From positions 32,001-96,000 of IMG/VR virus record IMGVR_UViG_3300044846_002555: a stretch of DNA of 64,000 bases. One strand, 5' to 3'. This document shows, in pieces, positions 20,662 to 31,345 of the stretch (its first letter is position 1; every line of letters begins with the position of its first letter). Below the pieces are notes generated by a model. The model saw nothing but the letters and a program-made list of their open reading frames with translations. It was not told the DNA's origin and searched no databases. Source of the stretch: a virus. Made by a program: the position numbers and the translations under genes.

Positions 20662-21516
20662 ATGGCGACAAATTCATTAGACGCAGTTTTGGCTCAATAC
20701 GAGCAATCAAAACAAGGTGGTTCTTCTAACACCTCAAAATTCACACAAGAAGAAAGAATGAAAAAATACTTCGCGGCAATCCTTCAAGACAAGGAAACTC
20801 AAGGGCAACGAAGATTAAGAATCTTACCAACTAAAGATGGTTCTACACCATTTAAAGAAGTTTGGTATCACGAGATTCAAGTAGATGGAAAATTCCAAAA
20901 ATTTTATGACCCGGGAAAAAACGACAACGAACGTTCACCTTTAAATGAGGTTTACGAAGAACTTCGTTCAACCGGAAAAGAATCTGACAAAGAGTTAGCT
21001 AAACAGTACTTATCACGTAAATTTTACATTGTGAAAGTTATTGATAGAGATAACGAGGCGGATGGTGTTAAATTTTGGAGATTTAAACATAACTACAAAA
21101 ACGAGGGTATTTTAGACAAAATTATCCCAATTTGGAGAAATAAAGGTGATATCACAGACCCTTTAACAGGTAGAGATATCATTTTAGAATTGACTAAAGC
21201 AAAAACTCCAAAAGGTGCTTTTTACACAGTAATTCAAACGGTTATGTATGACGATGCAGCTCCTGTTCATGAGGATAAAGCAACTGCTGACGGATGGGTT
21301 AACGATGAGTTAACTTGGGAAGATGTTTACTCTAAAAAACCGGTTGAGTATTTAGAAGCTATCGCAAGAGGTGAAACTCCAAAATGGAATTCTGATAAAG
21401 GTGGTTACGATTATGGTAATTCAGACGAAGATGAAACTTCATTTGGTGGTTCTAAACCATCGGCACCTATTGACCCACAAGCGGATGCCGAAGGGGATGA
21501 GGATATGCCATTCTAA
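20662..21516 (+). CDS. Single-stranded DNA-binding protein (T4 gp32-like)
   Basis: RLRILP, FYIVKVIDR, GDITDPLTGRDI and an acidic C-terminal tail ending DEDMPF. It precedes the recombinase. Confidence 0.8.
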   Translation: MATNSLDAVLAQYEQSKQGGSSNTSKFTQEERMKKYFAAILQDKETQGQRRLRILPTKDGSTPFKEVWYHEIQVDGKFQKFYDPGKNDNERSPLNEVYEELRSTGKESDKELAKQYLSRKFYIVKVIDRDNEADGVKFWRFKHNYKNEGILDKIIPIWRNKGDITDPLTGRDIILELTKAKTPKGAFYTVIQTVMYDDAAPVHEDKATADGWVNDELTWEDVYSKKPVEYLEAIARGETPKWNSDKGGYDYGNSDEDETSFGGSKPSAPIDPQADAEGDEDMPF

Positions 21517-21536
21517 TCAAAAACACTTGGACATAT

Positions 21537-21571
21537 AACTTGGACACTGAGACATACTCGGTGTCCAAGTT
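21537..21571 (+). other. 15-bp intergenic hairpin between SSB and recombinase
   Basis: AACTTGGACACTGAG-acata-CTCGGTGTCCAAGTT, with one G-U pair. Confidence 0.75.
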
Positions 21572-21607
21572 GTCTAAAAAACTAAAAAAATTAAATTAAT
21601 TAGATAT

Positions 21608-22612
21608 ATGGCAATTAAAAAACACGATTTTAAGTCCATTAAGGATAAATTTTCTACATCTGCAAAATACAAACCACAAAGGTTTTTTGACTTAGGTCCT
21701 GACTTTTTGGATGCGGTTGGTATTCCGGGACCAGCAATAGGGCATTTAAATATGTTCTTAGGTCACTCAGACACTGGTAAGACGACTGCTTTAGTAAAAT
21801 GTGCGGTTGATGCTCAGAAAAAACAAATATTACCGGTATTCATTATCACCGAACAAAAATGGTCATTTGAACACGCAAAACTTATGGGTTTTGAATGTGA
21901 AGAAATGGTTGATGAAGAAACAGGTGAATTAGAGTGGGATGGGTTTTATATCTTCAATAATAACTTTGATTATATTGAACAAATTACTGACTACATTAAC
22001 TCTTTATTAGATGCTCAAGAGAAAGGTGAATTAGATTATAGTTTATTATTTTTATGGGATTCTGTTGGTTCAGTTCCTTGTAAAATGACTTACGAAGGTA
22101 AAGGAGGTAAACAACATAACGCAGCGGCTTTAGCTGACAAAATAGGTATGGGTATTAATCAAAGAATATCAGGAAGTCGTAAAGCGGATTCTAAATATGA
22201 GAATACTTTGGTTATTGTTAACCAACCGTGGGTTGAACTTCCGGATAATCCATTTGGACAACCTAAAATTAAAGCTAAAGGTGGTGAAGCAATTTGGTTG
22301 AACTCTTCATTAGTTTTCCGTTTTGGAAATGAAAAAGGTGCAGGAACAACAAAGATTACGGCAACTAAAGATAAGAGAACTATCAAATTTGCGGTAAGAA
22401 CTAAAATCTCCGTAATGAAAAATCATATCAATGGACTTGGTTATGAGGATGGTAAGATTATTGTAACCCCTCATGGATTTTTGGCGGGAAAAGAAACTTC
22501 AGAAGAAAAAGCTTCAATTGAGAAGTACAAAAAAGAATATTCTGAATATTGGAAAAACATTATCGGAACAGATGGTGATTTTGACTTGAAAGAAGTAGAA
22601 GAAAAAGATTAG
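21608..22612 (+). CDS. recA: RecA/UvsX-family recombinase
   Basis: Walker A GHSDTGKTT, IITEQK, Walker B FLWDSVGS, VIVNQ, KGGEAI and KNHING. Confidence 0.9.
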   Translation: MAIKKHDFKSIKDKFSTSAKYKPQRFFDLGPDFLDAVGIPGPAIGHLNMFLGHSDTGKTTALVKCAVDAQKKQILPVFIITEQKWSFEHAKLMGFECEEMVDEETGELEWDGFYIFNNNFDYIEQITDYINSLLDAQEKGELDYSLLFLWDSVGSVPCKMTYEGKGGKQHNAAALADKIGMGINQRISGSRKADSKYENTLVIVNQPWVELPDNPFGQPKIKAKGGEAIWLNSSLVFRFGNEKGAGTTKITATKDKRTIKFAVRTKISVMKNHINGLGYEDGKIIVTPHGFLAGKETSEEKASIEKYKKEYSEYWKNIIGTDGDFDLKEVEEKD

Positions 22613-22633
22613 TAACGAATACAAACAAAACAA

Positions 22634-23638
22634 GTGGTTAAAACCCTATTAGTGGACGGCAATAATTTAGTAAAGATTGGCTTTCACGGAGTAAAAGATT
22701 ATTATCATAATGGAAAACACATAGGTGCCTTATGGCACTTTGTGAATACCATTAGACGATTCATAGATGAACAAAACTTTGATAAAGTTGTTGTTATGTG
22801 GGATGGTGATGATAACTCTTCAACTCGAAAACTTATTTATCCCCAATACAAAGAACAACGTAGAGACAGAGACAACGAGTATAAGTTAGATTCTTTCACT
22901 GAGCAGAAAGAAAGAATCAAACAATACTTGGAGGATTGTTATGTGAGACAAATCAACGTAGATAATAACGAAGCGGATGATTTGATAGCTTACTATTGCC
23001 AAATCTCGGATAACGAACAAAAAACTATTTATTCGGGGGACAAAGACCTTACCCAACTTATTTCAGATAAGGTGTCGGTATATTATCCAAGAACCAAAGA
23101 AACTTATCAATTAGGTAGTAAAATCAAATGTGATATTTACGAATTCCCTCATCAAAATATTAAAACTTATAAAATTTTATCGGGTGATAAATCTGATAAC
23201 ATTGATGGTATTTCAGGTTTAGGAGAGAAAACTCTTATTAAGTTTTTCCCTGAGCTACTTGAAAAACCGGTTTCAATTACCGATATTTTAGAAAAAGCTG
23301 AGAACCTACTTAAAGAAAACAAGAATAATAAAACATTACAAAATTTAATATCGGGTAAAACTAAAAGTGGTGTTCATGGAGAGGAATTTTTTACTATTAA
23401 TGAGAAAATAATAAATCTATCAAATCCGTTAATTACTGATGATGCTAAAGAACTTGTAGAGTTATATTATAGAGAAACGTTAGACCCGGATGGTCGGGGA
23501 CATAGGAATCTTATAAAGATGATGATGGAAGACGGTTTTTTTAAATATCTACCAAAGGGGGATGACGCATGGGTAAATTTTGTTAGACCCTTTATGAAAC
23601 TAACAAGAAAAGAAAAAAGAAATTATAACAACAATTAA
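22634..23638 (+). CDS. 5'-3' exonuclease / flap endonuclease (PolA N-terminal / T4 RNase H-like)
   Basis: LLVDGNN, VVMWDG, YPQYK, EADDLIA, SGDKDLTQL and GDKSDNIDGISGLGEKT (H3TH). GTG start. Confidence 0.92.
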   Translation: MVKTLLVDGNNLVKIGFHGVKDYYHNGKHIGALWHFVNTIRRFIDEQNFDKVVVMWDGDDNSSTRKLIYPQYKEQRRDRDNEYKLDSFTEQKERIKQYLEDCYVRQINVDNNEADDLIAYYCQISDNEQKTIYSGDKDLTQLISDKVSVYYPRTKETYQLGSKIKCDIYEFPHQNIKTYKILSGDKSDNIDGISGLGEKTLIKFFPELLEKPVSITDILEKAENLLKENKNNKTLQNLISGKTKSGVHGEEFFTINEKIINLSNPLITDDAKELVELYYRETLDPDGRGHRNLIKMMMEDGFFKYLPKGDDAWVNFVRPFMKLTRKEKRNYNNN

Positions 23639-23646
23639 TTAAAACT

Positions 23647-24099
23647 ATGAAAGACCAAGAATCGGTAAAATTAGAATTCTTAATGATGGTAAATGATAAC
23701 ATCATTGTACAAAGATTTTTTAACGTGAGAGAGTTTAACAATGAGGCAAAGAACTCATTAGAACTTTATGAATTACTTCGTGAATTTAAAGAAGACATTC
23801 AAACTCAATTATCATTGAAAACAGTAACGTATATGTCTGATAATATGTACGAAATTATTAACAATCCGGCTATTTTGGAAACGTCATATACTGATGGTCC
23901 GGAGTACTTTAACATCTTCATCAAACAAAATGATGTGACAATTTGTCATAGACAAGTGGACGCTAAAGTATACCCTCCAAAGATAAGATACACTGTGGAT
24001 GTACGCCCACACCTAAAAAACTTGTTGATGAACTTGACTGACATTTTTTCATCTAAAAATTTAACAAAAAAATATATGGATGTTACCTTAAGTGTGTAG
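23647..24099 (+). CDS. Hypothetical protein (150 aa)
   Basis: Clean ORF packed between the exonuclease and helicase genes. No recognisable motif. Confidence 0.75.
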   Translation: MKDQESVKLEFLMMVNDNIIVQRFFNVREFNNEAKNSLELYELLREFKEDIQTQLSLKTVTYMSDNMYEIINNPAILETSYTDGPEYFNIFIKQNDVTICHRQVDAKVYPPKIRYTVDVRPHLKNLLMNLTDIFSSKNLTKKYMDVTLSV

Positions 24100-24129
24100 T
24101 ATTTATTAATACACTAAAAGAAAAAATAT

Positions 24130-25512
24130 ATGGCGTCAAACAAAAATTTCGAGTATCTAGGTAGTACCTTTCAGATACAATTATTAAACCAAATCATTAT
24201 TGATAAAGATTTTTCAAGGTCTATCATCGATGTGATTGAAACAAGTTATTTTGAGAATAAATACTTCAAATTAATTATTCAAATGATTAAAGAGTATTAT
24301 ACAAAATACGAACATACACCAACCTTTGACACATTAGAACAAATCACAAAATCTGAGATACAACAACCTCTAGCTGCGAAAATCATTATTGATACCCTTA
24401 ATAAAGTTAAGGAATCCACACTTGAGGGAGCGGAGTTTGTACAAGAAAAATCAATGAAGTTCTGTAAGCAACAGGAGTTACAGAAAGTTATGGTTAAAGC
24501 TCAAAAAATCATCGACACGGGTGAATTTGAAAGTTACGACACATTAGAGGAGATGGTAAGTAAAGCTCTTCAAGTTGGGGAACACGATAAGGGAACAGAA
24601 AGTGTTTTCAGCAATTTAGATGACGTTTTAAACGAAGATTATCGCCATCCGATACCAATGGGTATTCCGGGGATAGATAGGTTATTAAAAGGTGGTTTAG
24701 CTAAAGGTGAAATCGGTGTTGTATTAGCACCAACAGGTGTTGGTAAATCAACTTTACTGACAAAAATCTCAAATCACGCATTTAATTTGGGATACAATGT
24801 TTTACAAATATTCTTTGAGGATAACCCAAAGATTATTCAACGTAAACACATTACGTTATGGACAAAAATCCATCCGGATGAATTGTCTTTAAAAAAGGAT
24901 GAGGTTATGATTAAAGTTCAAGAAATTAAGGAGAGTATGACTAATCAATTGATACTTAAAAAACTTCCATCAGATACTGTAACAATGATGCAAATTAAGA
25001 ATCAAATTAGAAAAATGATTTCTGAAGGAAACAAAATTGATATGGTATTATTGGACTACATTGATTGTGTTGTTCCTGATAAAAACTTGGGTGACGAATG
25101 GAAATCTGAAGGGTCTGTTATGAGAGGATTTGAGGCGATGTGTCATGAACTTGATTTAGTTGGTTGGACAGCAACACAAGGTAACAGAAGTTCAATATCA
25201 TCAGATGTTGTAACTACTGACCAAATGGGTGGTTCAATCAAAAAAGCACAGGTTGGGCACGTAATTATTTCCGTGGCAAAATCTCTACAACAAAAAGAAA
25301 TGAAACTAGCAACGATTGCAATTACTAAATCACGTATTGGTGATGATGGTATTGTCTTTGAAAATTGTAAATTTGACAATGGTATGTTAGAAATTGATAC
25401 AGAAAGTTCGGTGACCTTTTTAGGTCTTGAAGAACAAACTGAAGAAAGAAATAGACAACGAATCAAAGATTTGTTAGAAAAAAGAAAAGAAAAACAACAA
25501 ACACAAAATTAA
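24130..25512 (+). CDS. dnaB: Replicative DNA helicase (DnaB / T4 gp41-like)
   Basis: [13 protein letters not shown], Walker [15 protein letters not shown] and WTATQGNR. Confidence 0.92.
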   Translation: MASNKNFEYLGSTFQIQLLNQIIIDKDFSRSIIDVIETSYFENKYFKLIIQMIKEYYTKYEHTPTFDTLEQITKSEIQQPLAAKIIIDTLNKVKESTLEGAEFVQEKSMKFCKQQELQKVMVKAQKIIDTGEFESYDTLEEMVSKALQVGEHDKGTESVFSNLDDVLNEDYRHPIPMGIPGIDRLLKGGLAKGEIGVVLAPTGVGKSTLLTKISNHAFNLGYNVLQIFFEDNPKIIQRKHITLWTKIHPDELSLKKDEVMIKVQEIKESMTNQLILKKLPSDTVTMMQIKNQIRKMISEGNKIDMVLLDYIDCVVPDKNLGDEWKSEGSVMRGFEAMCHELDLVGWTATQGNRSSISSDVVTTDQMGGSIKKAQVGHVIISVAKSLQQKEMKLATIAITKSRIGDDGIVFENCKFDNGMLEIDTESSVTFLGLEEQTEERNRQRIKDLLEKRKEKQQTQN

Positions 25513-25517
25513 AAAAA

Positions 25518-26468
25518 ATGGAAGAAAAAATATTAAAAGAAAATCCGAACAGATTCGTTATTTTCCCTATTGAACATAATGATATATGGGAATTTTACCA
25601 ACAACATCAAGCAGCGTTTTGGACGGCTGAAGAAGTTGATTTATCCAATGACATTAGAGATTGGGAAAATTTAACAGACAATGAAAGATTCTTTGTTAAG
25701 AATGTATTATCATTTTTCGCAGCATCTGACGGAATCGTTAACGAAAACCTAGCGGAAAATTTCTTAAAAGAAGTACAATATCCTGAAGCTAAGTTCTTCT
25801 ACGGATTCCAACTTATGGCTGAAAATATTCACTCATTAATGTATTCATTATTGATTGACACTTATATTTCAGATGCGGATGAAAAAGATGAATGTTTCCA
25901 CGCGATTGATAAATTACCTGCGGTTCAAAAGAAAGCGAAATGGGCTTTAGATTGGATTGAAAATTCTACTTTCCAAGAAAGATTGGTTGCGTTTGCGGCG
26001 GTTGAAGGTATCTTCTTTTCAGGTTCATTCTGTTCAATTTTTTGGTTAAAATCAAGAGGAATAATGCAAGGTTTATGTAACGCTAATTCACTTATCTTTA
26101 AAGATGAGAACTTACATTGTGATTTTGCAATTCATTTGATTAATAATCACGTTGAGAATAAACCAAGTGAGAAAAGAATTAAAGAAATTTTATTATCAGC
26201 GTTAGAGATTGAAAAAGAATTTATTACTGAATCTATACCAGTATCTTTAATTGGTATGAACTCAAACTTGATGAAACAATATCTTGAATTTGTGACTGAT
26301 GGTTTATTAGTTAAATTTGGATGTAAAAAACAATTTAACGTAGAACAACCATTTAAGTTTATGGAACAAATTGCTGTTGAAACAAAGGGTAACTTCTTTG
26401 AATCAAGAACTATGGAGTACCAAAAAGCTAAATTGGGTGAGTCATTAACATTTACTGAAGATTTTTAA
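25518..26468 (+). CDS. nrdB: Ribonucleotide reductase class Ia beta subunit
   Basis: [31 protein letters not shown] (radical Tyr present), [15 protein letters not shown] and NFFE. Confidence 0.97.
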   Translation: MEEKILKENPNRFVIFPIEHNDIWEFYQQHQAAFWTAEEVDLSNDIRDWENLTDNERFFVKNVLSFFAASDGIVNENLAENFLKEVQYPEAKFFYGFQLMAENIHSLMYSLLIDTYISDADEKDECFHAIDKLPAVQKKAKWALDWIENSTFQERLVAFAAVEGIFFSGSFCSIFWLKSRGIMQGLCNANSLIFKDENLHCDFAIHLINNHVENKPSEKRIKEILLSALEIEKEFITESIPVSLIGMNSNLMKQYLEFVTDGLLVKFGCKKQFNVEQPFKFMEQIAVETKGNFFESRTMEYQKAKLGESLTFTEDF

Positions 26469-26469
26469 T

Positions 26470-28884
26470 ATGATGTCATTAAAGATAAAAAAAAGAGGGG
26501 GGGACGAAGTTTCGTTCAACCCCCAAAAAATTTATAATAGAGTTAAACGAGCAGCAAGAGGATTAAACGTAAATGCTGATGAGGTATTCATTAAGGTGAT
26601 AACTTCAGTTCCAACAGAGGGTGTTATTACAACCAAAGAGTTGGATAAGTTAGTTTACGAGATTGCGGCGGCATACACCGGAAGTCATCATGACTACTCA
26701 AGATTAGCGTCTTCAGTAGCAATTTCTGCGTACCACAAAGAAACTGATGATAGTTTTTGTAACACAATGCACACATTACACGTTGATGGTATTATTAATG
26801 ATAAGTTAATGGAAACTATTGAAAAATATGGTCCTGAAAATATTGATTCTGTAATTAATCACGAGAATGATTACAATTTTGATTATTTTGCATGGAAATC
26901 ATTACAAGAAATGTATTTGTTAAAAACTCCGGAAGGTAGAGTAATTGAAAGACCACAACATATGTATATGAGGGTGGCTTTATGGGTTACTAAATCATTT
27001 GAACAAGCGGTTGAGTATTACCAATCATTGTCAAACCAACTTATTTCCCCGGCAACACCAATTATGATTAATGCGGGGACTAAAACACCTCAACTAGCGT
27101 CTTGTGTATTGAAATACAATCACGGGGACTCAAGAGAAGGTTTATTACAAACATTAAATGATATTTCAACGTACTCTTCGGATGCTGCGGGAATTGGTTT
27201 ATGTATGTCTAACATTCGTAGTAAAGAAAGTCGTATTAACTCATCAGGAGGATTTGCGGGTGGTTTATTGAAATACCTTAAAATAGTTAACGAATCATTA
27301 CGTTTCTTTAATCAACAAGGAAGAAGACCGGGAAGTGCAGCTATCTACATTGAACCTTGGCATAAGGACATCATTGATTTACTTGAGATTAAAAAGAACA
27401 CGGGTGCTGAAGAGATGAGAGCGAGAGATTTGTTTACATCAATATGGTTACCGGACAACTTTATGGAGGCGGTTAAGAATAATTCTGATTGGTACTTATT
27501 CTGTCCTAACGACATTAAAAAGGCGGGTATCAAACCATTACAGGAAACTTATGGTGAAGAATACGAACATAGTTATAACAGAGCAGTTGAACTAGGTCTT
27601 GGTAAAAAAGTAAAGGCACAAACAATTTGGAATAAAATTATAGAATCTCAAGTTGAAACCGGAGTTCCTTACTTATGTTCAAAAGATAGTGCGAACAGAA
27701 AAACAAACCATCAAAACATTGGGGTGATTAAACAATCTAACCTATGTAATGAGATTTACCAATATACTGATGAGAACACTACTGCAATCTGTACTTTATC
27801 ATCTATGGTATTGAAAAACTTTATTATTAAAGGTGAGTTCGACTTCAAATTACTTTATAATGAGGTTAGAAAGGTTGTTAGAGCACTTAACAAAGTTGTT
27901 GACATTAATAGTTACTCAACTGAACAAGGTAGAAAAGGTGGTTTAGAACAAAGAGCGATAGCTATCGGAACTCAAGGACTTGCTGACGTATTCTATTTAA
28001 TGGATTACATCTTCACATCTGAAGAAGCTCGACAATTAAATAAAGAGATTTTTGAAACCATATACTTTGCGGCAATCACCGAGAGTATGGAATTATGTAA
28101 ATCAGGTGAATATAAACCATACAAATTCTTTAAAGGGTCACCAATGTCAAAAGGTATATTCCAATTTGATATGTGGGGGTTAGATTACGAAGGATTAGGT
28201 AGAATGTGGGATTGGGACTCACTTAAGTTAGAAGTATCCAACCACGGGGTTTGTAACTCGTTATTCACGGCTCAGATGCCGGTTGCATCTTCTGCTAAGA
28301 TTACAGGTTCATTTGAAATGACAGAACCGGCTCACTCGGCATTATTTAATCGTCGTGTAGTTGGGGGTGAAATCTTAATTGTTAATAAATACTTAATTAA
28401 TGATTTTGAAAAAATTGGTATTTGGTCTGAAGATTTGAAAAATGAGATTATAATGAATGAGGGTTCAATTCAAAACATTAACTTTAATCATTATCTTGAT
28501 GTTGAAGATAAAAACTACAACAAGAAAGTTAAGAGAATTGAACATTTAATTCCAAAATACAAAACAATTTGGGAAATATCTCAAAGAGAACTTATTGATA
28601 TGGCTGCTGACAGAGCACCATTCATTGACCAATCACAATCAATGAATATCTATATGTCTAACCCAACATTATCAAAGATTTCATCATCACACTTCCATTC
28701 TTGGGGTAAAGGATTAAAAACTCTTTGTTATTATGTTAGAACTAAAGCAATATCAACCGGAGCAAAACATTTGGCTGTGGATATTTCAAAAGTGGGTCAA
28801 CCAAAACCTATTGAAAAACCAACCGTTGAAATAAATCAAAAACCAAAAGACAGTGAATTTGAGTGTTTTGGGTGTGGTTCTTAA
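26470..28884 (+). CDS. nrdA: Ribonucleotide reductase class Ia alpha subunit with N-terminal ATP cone
   Basis: ERPQHMYMRVA, SPATP, QLASC, SNLCNEI, AICTL, LKTLCYY and C-terminal CFGCGS. Confidence 0.97.
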   Translation: MMSLKIKKRGGDEVSFNPQKIYNRVKRAARGLNVNADEVFIKVITSVPTEGVITTKELDKLVYEIAAAYTGSHHDYSRLASSVAISAYHKETDDSFCNTMHTLHVDGIINDKLMETIEKYGPENIDSVINHENDYNFDYFAWKSLQEMYLLKTPEGRVIERPQHMYMRVALWVTKSFEQAVEYYQSLSNQLISPATPIMINAGTKTPQLASCVLKYNHGDSREGLLQTLNDISTYSSDAAGIGLCMSNIRSKESRINSSGGFAGGLLKYLKIVNESLRFFNQQGRRPGSAAIYIEPWHKDIIDLLEIKKNTGAEEMRARDLFTSIWLPDNFMEAVKNNSDWYLFCPNDIKKAGIKPLQETYGEEYEHSYNRAVELGLGKKVKAQTIWNKIIESQVETGVPYLCSKDSANRKTNHQNIGVIKQSNLCNEIYQYTDENTTAICTLSSMVLKNFIIKGEFDFKLLYNEVRKVVRALNKVVDINSYSTEQGRKGGLEQRAIAIGTQGLADVFYLMDYIFTSEEARQLNKEIFETIYFAAITESMELCKSGEYKPYKFFKGSPMSKGIFQFDMWGLDYEGLGRMWDWDSLKLEVSNHGVCNSLFTAQMPVASSAKITGSFEMTEPAHSALFNRRVVGGEILIVNKYLINDFEKIGIWSEDLKNEIIMNEGSIQNINFNHYLDVEDKNYNKKVKRIEHLIPKYKTIWEISQRELIDMAADRAPFIDQSQSMNIYMSNPTLSKISSSHFHSWGKGLKTLCYYVRTKAISTGAKHLAVDISKVGQPKPIEKPTVEINQKPKDSEFECFGCGS

Positions 28885-28898
28885 TAGAAATAAATATT

Positions 28899-28924
28899 AA
28901 TCACGACTTTGGTCGTGATTTTTT
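28899..28924 (+). terminator. Intrinsic terminator after nrdA
   Basis: AATCACGAC-TTTG-GTCGTGATT followed by a T run. Confidence 0.85.
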
Positions 28925-28971
28925 ATTTTACTCTATTTATAAGAAATAATTACGACACTATATTTATAGAT

Positions 28972-29430
28972 ATGGCAGATGGAAAAACATATGGTATTAA
29001 TTTCCCTTTTAGGGATTCTTATGATGGAAAGTATTTAGACCTTTCCACAGATAGTACTGAAGAAACAAGAACGGACTTAATACATTTATTATTAACTAGA
29101 AAAGGAAGTAGATATTTTTTACCCGATTTTGGTACAAGATTGTATGAATTTATTTTTGAACCATTAGATGGTCCTACATTTTCAGATATTGATGCTGAAA
29201 TTAGAGATGCTGTTGAAGAATACATACCGGGAATAACAATTAAAAATATAAGTATTACTGCGGCATCAGATGGTGAGGAAGATAAAGGTACTTATGTTGA
29301 CCAATATGATACACGTGTTTTTAGAGTACCGGGTATTGGAACTAAAGAACACACTGCGAAAGTAAAAATAGATTATCAAATAAATAATGACGTGTTTAAC
29401 GCTAGTGATTTTGTAATCCTAAATATTTAA
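28972..29430 (+). CDS. Baseplate wedge protein (T4 gp25-like)
   Basis: GINFPF and LLLTRKGSRYFLPDFGTRLYEFIFEP. The start is moved to ATG 28972 because the track start (28909) lies inside the terminator. Confidence 0.9.
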   Translation: MADGKTYGINFPFRDSYDGKYLDLSTDSTEETRTDLIHLLLTRKGSRYFLPDFGTRLYEFIFEPLDGPTFSDIDAEIRDAVEEYIPGITIKNISITAASDGEEDKGTYVDQYDTRVFRVPGIGTKEHTAKVKIDYQINNDVFNASDFVILNI

Positions 29431-29435
29431 AGAAT

Positions 29436-31274
29436 ATGGCAAATAAAAAAATATCGTATACTACGAGAGATTTTCAATCAATTAGAACTGAGTTAATAAA
29501 CTTTACAAGAACTTATTATCCGGATTTAGTTGACAATTTTAATGATGCAAGTGTGTTCTCTGTATTATTAGACCTAAACGCTGCGGTTACCGACAACCTT
29601 CAATTCAACATAGATAGAAGTATTCAAGAGACGGTATTACAGTATGCTCAACAAAGGTCATCAGTATTTAACATTGCCAAAACTTATGGGTTAAAAGTTC
29701 CGGGTCAAAGACCGTCAGTAGCTTTAGTTGATTTTTCAATTACTGTACCGGCTTTTGGTGATAAAGAGGATTTAAGATATTGTGGTATTTTACGTAGAGG
29801 TTCTCAAGTAAGTGGTGCTGGTCAAGTATTTGAAACTGTTTATGATATTGATTTTTCATCACCATCAAATGCGGATGGGTTTCCTAATAGATTAAAAATT
29901 CCAAATTTTGATTCAAACAATAAGTTATTAAATTATACTATTGTAAAACGTGAGACCATTGTTAACGGTATTACTAAAGTTTTCAAGAGAGTTATTACTG
30001 CTAATGACGTAAGACCATTTTTTGAAATATTTTTACCTGAAAAGACCGTATTAGGTGTAACAAGTGTGTTATTGAAAGATGGTACTCAATATGCCAATGT
30101 ACCTTCAAATCAAGAATTTTTAGGTGTTGATAATAGATGGTTTGAAGTTCAAGCTTTAGCTCAAGATAGAGTTTTTATTGAAGACCCAACAAAAGTTTCT
30201 GACAACCCCGGGATTAAAGTAGGTAGATATGTAAATACTGCCACTAAATTTATTACGGAATTTACACCTGAAGGGTTCTTTAAAATGACCTTTGGTGGAG
30301 GTAGTCAATCTGCTGACGAACAATTAAGAGAATTTGCTCGAGATGGTAAACCATTAAATTTATACAAATATTCTAATAACTTTGCGTTAGGTAGCACTTT
30401 AAAACCTAATTCAACCCTATTCGTTCAATATAGGATTGGTGGTGGTACAGGAAGTAATTTAGGTGTTGGAGTTATTACACAAATTGGAACAGTTTCATTC
30501 TTTGTAAATGGTCCGTCTGAATCTGTTAATACTACAGTTGTTAATTCATTAAGATGTAACAACGTAACAGCGGCTATAGGTGGGGCAAATTATCCAACAA
30601 CAGAAGAAGTTAGGAATTTAGTATCGTATAACTTTACGGCTCAAAACAGAGCAGTTACTGTAAATGATTATGAATCAATTATTAGAACAATGCCATCACA
30701 ATTTGGTGCACCGGCTAAAGTTGCAATAACTGAAGAAAACAATAAAATTAAAGTTCAAATGTTATCATATGATGAGACCGGTAGATTAACCGAGATAGTT
30801 TCAAACACATTAAAAAATAATGTGGCGAATTATCTATCAAATTACCGTATGATTAATGATTATGTATCAATTGAAAGTGCAAATGTTATTGACTTAGCTA
30901 TAAATGTTGATGTTGTGTTAGATAATTCACAAAATCAAGGTTCAATTATTTCTCAAGTAATTAATATAATCACAGATTATTTTGACCCGACAAACCAAGA
31001 AATGGGTGAAAATGTTAATGTATCGGAATTAAGAAGATTAGTTCAAAGTGAAAATGGTATTATTTCCGTTTCTGATATGACATTTTTTAATAAAGTTGGT
31101 GGTCAATATTCTTCATCTCAAACATCTCAAAGATATATCGATTCGGAAACAAAACAAATTGAATTAGTTGATGATACAATTTTTGCCGAACCAAGACAAG
31201 TGTATCAAGTTAGATATCCAAACAAAGATATCAATGTGAGAGTTAAAAATATTAAAACGGTTAATTTCTCTTAG
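29436..31274 (+). CDS. Baseplate wedge protein (T4 gp6 / baseplate J-like)
   Basis: YTTRDFQSIRTEL, YRIGGG..SN, AIGG...TTEEVR and QNRAVTVNDYE. It follows gp25. Confidence 0.9.
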   Translation: MANKKISYTTRDFQSIRTELINFTRTYYPDLVDNFNDASVFSVLLDLNAAVTDNLQFNIDRSIQETVLQYAQQRSSVFNIAKTYGLKVPGQRPSVALVDFSITVPAFGDKEDLRYCGILRRGSQVSGAGQVFETVYDIDFSSPSNADGFPNRLKIPNFDSNNKLLNYTIVKRETIVNGITKVFKRVITANDVRPFFEIFLPEKTVLGVTSVLLKDGTQYANVPSNQEFLGVDNRWFEVQALAQDRVFIEDPTKVSDNPGIKVGRYVNTATKFITEFTPEGFFKMTFGGGSQSADEQLREFARDGKPLNLYKYSNNFALGSTLKPNSTLFVQYRIGGGTGSNLGVGVITQIGTVSFFVNGPSESVNTTVVNSLRCNNVTAAIGGANYPTTEEVRNLVSYNFTAQNRAVTVNDYESIIRTMPSQFGAPAKVAITEENNKIKVQMLSYDETGRLTEIVSNTLKNNVANYLSNYRMINDYVSIESANVIDLAINVDVVLDNSQNQGSIISQVINIITDYFDPTNQEMGENVNVSELRRLVQSENGIISVSDMTFFNKVGGQYSSSQTSQRYIDSETKQIELVDDTIFAEPRQVYQVRYPNKDINVRVKNIKTVNFS

Positions 31275-31345
31275 CAATTTATTTTAAAATTTATTGAATT
31301 ATCTTTTGAAAATAGTATATAAACTATTTATTAAAAAAGATTATT

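Noticed and set aside
25518-25550. Protease-cleavage leader in NrdB (KILKE)
   Set aside because: This matches the ordinary N-terminal E..L.EN..RFV pattern of this NrdB subtype.
21608-28884. Inteins or introns in recA, dnaB, nrdA or nrdB
   Set aside because: Lengths are normal and the motifs are contiguous.
28909-28971. Track start for the gp25 gene
   Set aside because: The TTG lies inside the nrdA terminator loop. ATG 28972 fits better.
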